Program-made: the position numbers and the translations under genes
Shown: piece by piece, positions 19,330 to 27,541 of the stretch
Layout of the letters: each line of letters starts with the position of its first letter
How positions within the stretch are numbered: the first letter of the stretch is position 1
NCBI GenBank assembly: GCA_031383985.1
Contig: JANNAE010000009.1
Coordinates: 76,051-140,050, forward strand
Direction of reading: 5' to 3'
Source: Novosphingobium sp.
Lineage (GTDB): Bacteria; Pseudomonadota; Alphaproteobacteria; Sphingomonadales; Sphingomonadaceae
DNA: 64,000 nucleotides
Notes under the pieces: model-generated
Told to the model about the DNA's origin: nothing
The model's input: the letters and a program-made list of their open reading frames with translations, nothing else
Database searches by the model: none

Positions 19330-20493
19330 TCAATTCTCAGGCTCGAAAGCCACGCTGCCTTGATTGCACAGCGTCATGATCAAGCCGGCCGCCGGTTCCG
19401 ATCTGGCCAGGTCCGGAGCGATGGTCAAACGGCTGTGCGCGCAGAGTTGCTGGGCGAAGGCACTGCTTTCCCCGGCGCATTCAAAGCACTCGCCATCGAC
19501 GAACAGCGTCACCGATTCCCCCTGCCCGCGGATGAATGAAAAGCGGCTGGCCGGGTTGCGGATCAGCGGCACATTACCGCCCAGGCATGCGCGCAGGGCA
19601 TCGGCTGTCATCGGCTGTTCGGGCTGCCATTCCATATCGGGATATTTGGGGGTGCTGGTAAACGCACCAAACCAGCGCGCAAATGCCGCGCGGTCGTGCA
19701 GTTTTTCGGTGATCAGCGAATGGAGGCCGGCGATGGCACTTCCAGAAATCTCGCCCGGATTGGCTTGGGGCGACAAGTCCGGATCGGCATAGCGATCTTC
19801 GTCTTCGAGATCGCCGACCAGATCATCGCACCAGCTTTCGATCAGCTCGCGGCGCGATGGCGCGCGGAAACCGATCGAATAGGTCATGCAATCATCGCTG
19901 ACTGCGACGCCATTATGGGCAAAGCGGGGCGGGACATACAGAATATCGCCGGGTTCGAGAATCCACTCTGCGGTGGCTTCGAAATTGGCGAGCAGGCGCA
20001 GATCGTCGTGCGGCAACAGCGCGGTATTGGCATCGCAGATCGCGCCGATCTGCCAGCGCCGCTGGCCCAAGCCTTGCACCAGAAACACGTCATACTGATC
20101 GAAATGCGGCCCCACTCCGCCGCCCGCAGTGGCATAGCTGACCATCACGTCATCAATCCGCCAATTGGGGACAAACCGGAACGGTTCGATCAGCGCGGCA
20201 ACCTCTGCGACGTGGTGATCGACTGCCTGAACGAGCAGCGTCCATGGCTGTTTGCCAAGCTGGCCAAACCGTTTTTGCGGCAAGGGTCCATGTTCGGCTG
20301 CCAGCTGATCGGGCGCGCCATCGCGGCCAAGGGTGATCAGCCGCGATTCGACTTCGTCTTCGCAGGCCAAGCCGGCAAGTTCATCCGGATCGAGCGGATT
20401 TTCCCATGCTTGCCACGGATTTCTGATCAGCAGCGGCTGCTTCTGCCAATAATCACGCAGGAACACAGCGGGGTCGAAGTCGGTGAATTGCAT
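19330..20493 (-). CDS. roxA: cupin-4 / JmjC ribosomal oxygenase-like protein (YcfD/RoxA-like)
   Basis: FLRDYWQKQPLLIRN...DPDELAGLACEDEVESRLI parallels the E. coli YcfD N-terminus. An HFD iron-binding motif is present (GVGPHFDQYDV). The start was chosen at MQFTDF. Confidence 0.75.
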   Translation of the reverse strand: MQFTDFDPAVFLRDYWQKQPLLIRNPWQAWENPLDPDELAGLACEDEVESRLITLGRDGAPDQLAAEHGPLPQKRFGQLGKQPWTLLVQAVDHHVAEVAALIEPFRFVPNWRIDDVMVSYATAGGGVGPHFDQYDVFLVQGLGQRRWQIGAICDANTALLPHDDLRLLANFEATAEWILEPGDILYVPPRFAHNGVAVSDDCMTYSIGFRAPSRRELIESWCDDLVGDLEDEDRYADPDLSPQANPGEISGSAIAGLHSLITEKLHDRAAFARWFGAFTSTPKYPDMEWQPEQPMTADALRACLGGNVPLIRNPASRFSFIRGQGESVTLFVDGECFECAGESSAFAQQLCAHSRLTIAPDLARSEPAAGLIMTLCNQGSVAFEPEN

Positions 20494-20551
20494 AAGCCCT
20501 CGCGACAAGAAATTGTGATCGTGTGCCGGGATCAGCTCCGCATGGCACAGG

Positions 20552-22435
20552 TCACGCGGCAATTTTCTCCAGCGCTTCGCTGGCCGCAAGCCAGGCCGCT
20601 TCGGCGGCTTGGATCTGTTTCGCGGTTTCGCCCCGGCGCTTCATCAGGTCGGTCATGTTGAGCCTGGCCAGCGTCGCATCGGCCGCCGAGGGATCAAACA
20701 TCGCCAGCTCGATGGCGCTGCGTAGCGCGGTCAGCCGTTCCAGCTCGGCTTCGGCATGACGCGCGTTCTTGCGCGCCGCCTGACCCTTTTCGCGGGCTTC
20801 GGCATTGGCCTTGCGCTGGTCCTTCTTGTTGAGCCTGGGTTCGCCGTTCGCGCCCTCGCGGCGCGATCCGGCGGGCTCCTTGGCGAGAACGAAGGCGATG
20901 TAATCCTCGATCGAGCCGTCAAAATCCTTGGCGGTGCCGCCATCGACCAGCACCAGCCGGTCGGCAGTCATTTCCAGCATGTGGCGATCGTGGCTGACCA
21001 TGACAACAGCGCCGGTATAGTCATTGAGCGCCTGAATCAGCGCCTCGCGCGCATCGACATCGAGGTGGTTGGTCGGCTCATCGAGGATCAGCATATGCGG
21101 CGCATCGCGGGTGATCAGCGCCAGCGCCAGCCGGGCGCGCTCCCCGCCGGACAGCTTGCCCACCTCGGTGGTGGCCTTTTGCCCGGAGAAGCCGAAGCGC
21201 CCCAGCTGGCCGCGCACCGCAGACTGGCTCGCGCCCTTCATCAGCACGGTCATGTGCTGGAGCGGGGTTTCGCTGCGATCGAGCTCCTCGACCTGATACT
21301 GGGTGAAATAGCCGACCCGCATCTTGCCGCTGGCGGTCATCGCGCCGTCCATCGGCTTGAGCTGCGCCGCCAGCAACCGGGCCAGCGTGGTCTTGCCATT
21401 GCCGTTGCGGCCCAGCAGCGCGATCCGGTCATCGGGATCGAGCCGCAGATTGAGGCGGCTGAGGATCGGCGTATCGGTATAACCGACCGAGGCCAGATCG
21501 AGCGTGATCAGCGGCGGGCGCAGTTCGTCGGGATTGGGGAAATCGAAGCTCAGCGACGGATCGTCGACCAGCTCGGCAATCGGCTGCATCCGGGCCAGCG
21601 CCTTGGCCCGCGACTGGGCCTGCTTGGCGGTCGAGGCGCGGGCGGAATTCTTGGCGATATAGTCCTGCAAATGCTCGCGCTGAGTCTGCTGTTTGGCCCG
21701 CGCCGAGGCGATCTGCGCCTGCCGCTCGGCCCGCTGCCGCTCGAACGCATCATAGCCGCCGGGGTATAACGTCAGCTTGCCCGCGCTCAGGTGGAGGATG
21801 TGATCGACCACATTGTTGAGGAAGTCACGTTCGTGGCTGACCAGCAGAATCGTCGCTGGATAGCTTTGCAGGAAATCTTCCAGCCACAGCACCGCTTCGA
21901 GATCGAGGTGGTTGGACGGTTCATCGAGCAGCAGCACATCGGGCTGCGAGAACAGCAGCGCGGCCAGCGCCACGCGCATCCGCCAGCCGCCCGAAAAGCT
22001 CTCCAGCGGCTGATGCTGCGCGTCTTCGTCAAAGCCGAGGCCGACCAGGATACGCGCGGCGCGGCTGGGCGCGGAATGGGCCTCGATCGCGATCAGCCGC
22101 TCGTGAATCTCGCCAAGACGGTGCGGATCGTCGCCCATCTCGCTTTCAATCATCAACGCCGCTCGCTCGATATCGGCGGCCAGCACCGTCTCGAACGGAG
22201 TCGAATCTCCGCCCGGCGCGTCCTGGGCAATGTAGCCAAGGCGGCTGCCGCGCGGCATGTCGACCGAGCCGGTATCCGCCTCGAGCATTCCGGCGATCAC
22301 CCGGATCAGCGTGGACTTGCCCGCGCCATTGCGGCCGATCAGTCCGATTCGCCCGCGCGGGGGCAGCTTGGCGGTTGCGCCGTCGAGGATCGTGCGCCCG
22401 CCAAGGCGGACTGTGATGTCGGAAAGGTTGAGCAT
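20552..22435 (-). CDS. ABC-F family ATPase (two ABC cassettes, no TM domain)
   Basis: Two Walker A motifs (GRNGAGKST and GRNGNGKTT), two LSGG signatures and a charged C-terminal coiled region. Confidence 0.92.
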   Translation of the reverse strand: MLNLSDITVRLGGRTILDGATAKLPPRGRIGLIGRNGAGKSTLIRVIAGMLEADTGSVDMPRGSRLGYIAQDAPGGDSTPFETVLAADIERAALMIESEMGDDPHRLGEIHERLIAIEAHSAPSRAARILVGLGFDEDAQHQPLESFSGGWRMRVALAALLFSQPDVLLLDEPSNHLDLEAVLWLEDFLQSYPATILLVSHERDFLNNVVDHILHLSAGKLTLYPGGYDAFERQRAERQAQIASARAKQQTQREHLQDYIAKNSARASTAKQAQSRAKALARMQPIAELVDDPSLSFDFPNPDELRPPLITLDLASVGYTDTPILSRLNLRLDPDDRIALLGRNGNGKTTLARLLAAQLKPMDGAMTASGKMRVGYFTQYQVEELDRSETPLQHMTVLMKGASQSAVRGQLGRFGFSGQKATTEVGKLSGGERARLALALITRDAPHMLILDEPTNHLDVDAREALIQALNDYTGAVVMVSHDRHMLEMTADRLVLVDGGTAKDFDGSIEDYIAFVLAKEPAGSRREGANGEPRLNKKDQRKANAEAREKGQAARKNARHAEAELERLTALRSAIELAMFDPSAADATLARLNMTDLMKRRGETAKQIQAAEAAWLAASEALEKIAA

Positions 22436-22486
22436 GGCGCGCGCCTAGAGGGATTCGGCGCAAAATGATACCATTCTCAAGCAGGA

Positions 22487-24673
22487 TCACGGCAAGGGGA
22501 AATTCTCCCCGAAAATCAGCTTGGGTTCGCCGCAGATTGCGCGCGAGGCTTCCATGCCCGACATGGTCGCTGCCTCGACACAGCCATAGTTGAGCCCGGT
22601 GTGAGTCCAGTCGCCCGCCAGCTTGAGATTGGCATAGCCTGAATTCCCGGCTCGCAGCCGATACTGGGTCGAGCCCTTGACCGAAAGGACATAGCGCTCG
22701 GAAGGGTCGACATTGGCCCGCCAATACTGCTGGTTGAAATGATCGCTGGCCGGTTTGCCCGTTTGTTCCGCTCCGTAAAGCACAGCGAAGTCAAGCGTAT
22801 CGGGAAAGCTCTCAGGATAGCCGGCGAACATCGAGCCAGGCAGAATGAACTGCGCATTGCTGCGCATCCATTCCGACGCGCGAACGTTGGCGGCGGCATC
22901 TTGATACGCCGGGTAGAAGAAGCTGTCCGGCTTGGGGATCCCTTTTTCGAGCGGGAGCGGTCCGCAGAAATAATAGATCGCTTTGGGCTCGTTGCCGGCC
23001 GGCCAGTTCTCCCGCGGGAGCAGATGCGACATGTCGGCAATCGTGTTGTGCGGCTGGGCAAAACCGCCGTAGATCGGCCGCACCGGCTTGTCCTCCAGCT
23101 CCTCGCCATCGGGGGCTTTGCGTAAGCTTTTATCGTCCAGATTGGTCCAGATCTGGAACGCCTGCGTCCCGATTACCTCGACATTGTCACACATCGCCTG
23201 CCATTCGGGCTTTTGCCTGAGCAACTGCGGACAGATGATCGGGATCGGACCCAGCGAAGTGCCCAGAACCACCTCATCGAAATCCTCACCCACTTTCAGG
23301 GTGTCGGTGCGGACATCGGGCCAGTTGTTCCAGTAGGATTCCAGATTGATGCGATTGCCCGCAATTTTGTCCCCCTCGACCAGCTGATCGAGGAACGGTT
23401 CGCTGGGCCAGCAATCCAGCCCTTTTACCGAATAGAGCGGGCTGTAATCCTTGCCATCCGTGCCATCCTTAATCGTCGCTTGTCGGCCGATGGTGATCGC
23501 CTCGATCCGGGTGCCGTCGGCCGAGGGGATGACTTCGCGAACGATACTGAAGAATTCGAACTTCACCCCACGCGCTTTGAGAACCTCATAGAACGGCACG
23601 AACATGGTGTCCCCCATCCCGGCCTGCATCTTCCAGGCAAACGCCTCCTTGTAAGTGAAGCTCAGCCGCAGCAGCCCGCGCAAGCCGGTGCCGGCCGCCA
23701 GATCGGGCTTGGCATAGGAACCCTGCGAGAAGGCGAAGATGCTCTCATAGGCCACCCGCAACGAATCTGAATCGAGCGCCACCGATTGCGCGCCATGGCT
23801 CGCCAGCCACTCGCGCAGATCGAGGTGATCGAGCTGATCGAAACCCTTGTTCGCCACATCATCGACGATGATGCCTTTGAGCATGTAGAAACTCAGCTCG
23901 ACCAGCGAAAGAATCCGCCGCAGGATCGGGATTGCTTCGACATCGTTCTCGATCATCGCATCGATCCGGCGATTGACCGCCGCACCAACCTTTTCAACGA
24001 ACTGCTCACACTCTTTGAGTGCCTCGAGCAGCAATCCCTGCGCTGTGCCTGTGTCCGGATTCGAGGCTGCCAGCTTGATCAGGTCGCGGGCCGCCGCAAG
24101 GCTCAATTCCTCCACATCCTTGATCGCGGCCAGTCCGATCCGGCGCAACAGTCGGTGGAACCAGCCGCCAGCCGCGCTCGGCGCACCGGGCATGGCGCCC
24201 TCCACATGGATATGCAGCCCATGCAGCAGCCGGTCGATCAGCTCCCAGAAGGTCGGGATCGTCCCGTCCCCCGGTACGCCGCTGAGCGGCGGCGGGGAGA
24301 GGTGCCATTCGGACCACTGCGCCTTATTGAACTGCATCAGGATGAACAGGCTGTGCGGCTTGAAGGCATCGCGCCAGGTCGCCAGCGGCTGATCGGGCTT
24401 GCGGTCCAGCGCGGCATAGACCCGCTGGATGATGTTGAAGGCATTCTCATAATAGCCGAACCAGAAGTGCAGCCCGTGTTCCTCGATCCGGTCGCCTTGC
24501 TTGCGATTGCGGCCGCTTGCGCCTTTGCCGCCGAGTCGCCAACCCATCTGGTAGACGGTGATCGCATATTTGTCCTGCCAGCCGGGTTGTTCGGTCAGCT
24601 CGAATGCGGTGGTCATCGCGCCGACGCCGCCGCCCAGAATCGCAATCTTCTGCTTTGCCGGAGTATCAACCAT
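22487..24673 (-). CDS. large NAD(P)/FAD-binding oxidoreductase (amine-oxidase / desaturase superfamily), specific function unknown
   Basis: KIAILGGGVGAMTTAFEL dinucleotide-binding motif, then GGKGAS...EHGLHFWF. The start at 24673 has an upstream GGAAGG and overlaps the preceding gene's stop by 8 bp. Confidence 0.75.
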   Translation of the reverse strand: MVDTPAKQKIAILGGGVGAMTTAFELTEQPGWQDKYAITVYQMGWRLGGKGASGRNRKQGDRIEEHGLHFWFGYYENAFNIIQRVYAALDRKPDQPLATWRDAFKPHSLFILMQFNKAQWSEWHLSPPPLSGVPGDGTIPTFWELIDRLLHGLHIHVEGAMPGAPSAAGGWFHRLLRRIGLAAIKDVEELSLAAARDLIKLAASNPDTGTAQGLLLEALKECEQFVEKVGAAVNRRIDAMIENDVEAIPILRRILSLVELSFYMLKGIIVDDVANKGFDQLDHLDLREWLASHGAQSVALDSDSLRVAYESIFAFSQGSYAKPDLAAGTGLRGLLRLSFTYKEAFAWKMQAGMGDTMFVPFYEVLKARGVKFEFFSIVREVIPSADGTRIEAITIGRQATIKDGTDGKDYSPLYSVKGLDCWPSEPFLDQLVEGDKIAGNRINLESYWNNWPDVRTDTLKVGEDFDEVVLGTSLGPIPIICPQLLRQKPEWQAMCDNVEVIGTQAFQIWTNLDDKSLRKAPDGEELEDKPVRPIYGGFAQPHNTIADMSHLLPRENWPAGNEPKAIYYFCGPLPLEKGIPKPDSFFYPAYQDAAANVRASEWMRSNAQFILPGSMFAGYPESFPDTLDFAVLYGAEQTGKPASDHFNQQYWRANVDPSERYVLSVKGSTQYRLRAGNSGYANLKLAGDWTHTGLNYGCVEAATMSGMEASRAICGEPKLIFGENFPLP

Positions 24674-25649
24674 TGGCCGCCGCCTTCCAGACTTCGCGCC
24701 CGGCACCGATGGTGAAATCGAAATTGACCCAGAAGCCGAGCTCAAGCGGGACCGTTCCCGGCGCAATCCCCAGATCGCTGGCCAGCGGGTGGCTGTCATA
24801 TTCGGCGATTGTCGCGCTATAGCTGCCGTGCAGCAGCCCGCCCGAATGGAATGCGGTGACGAACGACCCCGCCTCGATCACCGCCTGATAGCTCGCCCTT
24901 GTGCCATCGGCAGCGTCGCGGAACTGGCGCAGGAACACGCCCGGCACTTCCTTGCGGGTCGCCAGGCTGACGATATCCTCGATCAGGCTCAGCCCCGGCA
25001 CGATCCACTGCCCGCCGCCAACCACCATATGGGCAATCGCCCCGATTGCCTCGCCGGCATCCGTCCAGATCGTTTCAGCGCGGGTCTGCGCCGCGATTTG
25101 CTGAACCTCGATCAACGGCGCGATCACGCCCTCATTTTGCGGGCCGAATGTCTTCATCACCAGCGTCGCGGCCGAGAAACTGGTGGCAGCTTCGCCCTGT
25201 TTGGGGATCACCAGCGGGCCATAGCCCTTGGGAAAGCCATAGACCTCGCGCCCCGCAGCCAGCGACCAGCTGTTATCGACGCAGATATAGGCGGGATACA
25301 TCACCAGCCGCTGGCCCACGGTAAAGCCCAGTTCGTGCTTGACCTCGACCAGCGGAATCCACAGCGTCCAGCTGTTCTCGGGGACCCAGCCGATCCCGTT
25401 ATCGGGCGGCAAGGTGCTGGTGCCCTGCGCGGCATAGGCGAACGACAGCAGCACCATGTCGCTCAGCACCCGGTAATCCAGCGCGCCGCCGGTGGGGGCA
25501 TTGAGGATCGGATCGACCAGCCGGGCCTGCATGATCGCGGCATCGGCCTTGAGGTAAAAACCATACATCTGCGTGTTGCGGCAGGCATAGGGCTGGAGAT
25601 GGACCGATTCGGCTGGACGGCGGATATAGGCAGGGAGATCGTCGCGCAT
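24666..25649 (-). CDS. acetoacetate-decarboxylase-like (ADC fold) protein, function unknown
   Basis: The motif VDNSWSLAAGREVYGFPKG resembles the GRE-x-WG-x-PK signature of the ADC family. An AAGGA RBS precedes the ATG at 25649. Confidence 0.55.
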   Translation of the reverse strand: MRDDLPAYIRRPAESVHLQPYACRNTQMYGFYLKADAAIMQARLVDPILNAPTGGALDYRVLSDMVLLSFAYAAQGTSTLPPDNGIGWVPENSWTLWIPLVEVKHELGFTVGQRLVMYPAYICVDNSWSLAAGREVYGFPKGYGPLVIPKQGEAATSFSAATLVMKTFGPQNEGVIAPLIEVQQIAAQTRAETIWTDAGEAIGAIAHMVVGGGQWIVPGLSLIEDIVSLATRKEVPGVFLRQFRDAADGTRASYQAVIEAGSFVTAFHSGGLLHGSYSATIAEYDSHPLASDLGIAPGTVPLELGFWVNFDFTIGAGREVWKAAANG

Positions 25650-25660
25650 CGCATCATCCT

Positions 25661-27358
25661 TCAGATATGACCGTCCCAGGGCAGGCCCTGGTCGAAACGG
25701 CGTTTGTCGTGCCACCGGAATGGAGCGAAGATCCCGGGCTCGTGCAGCGGCCACAGCTCGCACGGATCGGCGCTCGAGCCGAACAGCGTGAGCAACCCGT
25801 TGACCGCCCGGCGCGCCGCTTCGTTGGCCGCTTCCATGCACGCGACATCGGTGAAGCTGCGGACATAGTCGGAGGCCAGAACCATGTTCGAGGTCGCGGT
25901 GACCGCCTCCGGGCGGAGCGCCCAGCTATTGATGAAATTGACAAACAACGGCTCGGCATCGGTCAGGGTCAGCTTGCCGCCGCTCGATTGGACCAGATCG
26001 GGGTCGAGGAAATGGCTGTGGACATTGGCATTGGTGAGGATTTCCTGGCCTTCGACATTGACCGATTTCTTGATCTGGGCCCAGACTTCCTGCGCAATTT
26101 CCTCACGCGTGCAGTCCAGCGCCGTCTTGCCAAAGACAATCCCGGGCGCATTCCAGCACGAGATGCAGGCCGAAAGGATCCCGCGCACGGTGCCGTCCCC
26201 ACATTGCGGCAGATGCTCTTGCGACCAGAACTGCGCCTCGGAGATCGAGGTCAGCGCCCACGGCGTGTCCGAATAGAGTACATGGCCATGCGCGATCGGG
26301 ACATCCTGAAACAGGAAGAACTGAATCCCGTTCATCCACCGCACATTGGCGGCGATCTGGAGAATATTGGCCAGTGCCGGATCGCCTTTTTGCGGATCAT
26401 CTGGGCCGCCCGCACTGTTGGTCAGCAGCTCACCCATCCGCTCGACCGGGAGTGCAAAGATATAGGCATCGCCGGTCACTTGATGGGTGCCGCCAGGGCC
26501 GGTTAGCGATGCCGAGGTGACCTGTCCGCCGGCAATACCGAAGCTATCGACCGACTCGCCCAAATGGAAGATGACGCCCAGTCCTTCGAGGTGCTGGCGC
26601 CAGGGTTCGAGCCAGACCTTGCTGGTCGGTCCGTTTAGCAGCCGGTCGGTCGGATGGCCGGGGGCGAGCATACCCAGCAGCAGCTGGATATTGGTATCGC
26701 CCACCGTCCGGACACTGGCATGGACCGGATCATTGGCGAGCAAAGACCGTGACAAGCCATCGACCAGCAGGGTCTGATAGGCCCGCGAATGGCGGCCGGC
26801 CTCGAGATAATTCCACCAGGTGATCTTTTCATATTCGCCCAGCCGGCGTTCCGCACAGCTGGTCAGGATCTGCCACAACCGTTCGGCGAAGAACTTTGCC
26901 TCGCCCGGCAGCAGCCCGGTATCGCCATCGAACAAGGCTTCGAAATCGGTAACGAGGTCTGAAATCGACTGGGGAAAGCGGGAGGATATGACGATCGGCG
27001 GCTTGTCGAACCGGGCGACTTCCATCCGATCTGCGACTACCAGATTTTCAAACACGCTTGCGGTGCCATAGGGAATGCGCCCCATCGTATCGGGCAGATG
27101 CTTGTAAAAGCCCGGAAAAAACCGGAAACCATGTTCCCCCGGCAGCGGATCGCGGCCACCGGTGGCCGAGTTCGGCACCGCAATGCTGCGTGCCTTGCCG
27201 CCCACTGCATGGTCACGCCTGTCATAGACGTGAATTTCGAAATCGACGCCAAAGCCGCTGCGTTCGGCAAGCTCGTGCGCAGCGCTCAGTCCGGCAACGC
27301 CGCCGCCCAGCACAATGATCTTTTTGGTCGCCACAAATCCCCCCTTGCAACGATGCAA
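25661..27358 (-). CDS. NAD(P)/FAD-binding oxidoreductase (phytoene-desaturase / amine-oxidase-like), function unknown
   Basis: KIIVLGGGVAGLSAAHELAE...VYDRRDHAVGGKARS...GEHGFRFFPGFY. The true start may be the GTG at 27334 (VATKK), which is preceded by AAGGGGGGA. Confidence 0.78.
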   Translation of the reverse strand: MHRCKGGFVATKKIIVLGGGVAGLSAAHELAERSGFGVDFEIHVYDRRDHAVGGKARSIAVPNSATGGRDPLPGEHGFRFFPGFYKHLPDTMGRIPYGTASVFENLVVADRMEVARFDKPPIVISSRFPQSISDLVTDFEALFDGDTGLLPGEAKFFAERLWQILTSCAERRLGEYEKITWWNYLEAGRHSRAYQTLLVDGLSRSLLANDPVHASVRTVGDTNIQLLLGMLAPGHPTDRLLNGPTSKVWLEPWRQHLEGLGVIFHLGESVDSFGIAGGQVTSASLTGPGGTHQVTGDAYIFALPVERMGELLTNSAGGPDDPQKGDPALANILQIAANVRWMNGIQFFLFQDVPIAHGHVLYSDTPWALTSISEAQFWSQEHLPQCGDGTVRGILSACISCWNAPGIVFGKTALDCTREEIAQEVWAQIKKSVNVEGQEILTNANVHSHFLDPDLVQSSGGKLTLTDAEPLFVNFINSWALRPEAVTATSNMVLASDYVRSFTDVACMEAANEAARRAVNGLLTLFGSSADPCELWPLHEPGIFAPFRWHDKRRFDQGLPWDGHI

Positions 27359-27478
27359 GCCTGGTTGCTGCTGCGTTGCGACCCTAATGCACCGCTACCG
27401 ATGGTTAAGGTTGCGCAAACCGGCAGGCAATGCAAGGAAATGCACTTATTTTAACGGATTGGCAGAACGTCGCACTTC

Positions 27479-27507
27479 TCGACGGTTCGGCGATTCACCG
27501 TTACAAT
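27479..27507 (+). promoter_or_regulatory. sigma70-like promoter candidate (TCGACG, 17-nt spacer, TACAAT) upstream of the TIR gene
   Basis: Spacing was counted directly. It is followed by a tandem GCGCGGAGG GCGCGGAGG (27517-27534), whose second GGAGG lies 7 nt before the TTG start. Confidence 0.3.
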
Positions 27508-27541
27508 CACAGAGGGGCGCGGAGGGCGCGGAGGAACGGGC

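Noticed and set aside
16988-27358. Linking the carotenoid oxygenase with the desaturase-like flavoprotein operon as one carotenoid/apocarotenoid cluster
   Set aside because: They are separated by unrelated housekeeping genes (rluE, roxA-like, ABC-F) in mixed orientations. No crtB/crtE/crtY-type genes are present.
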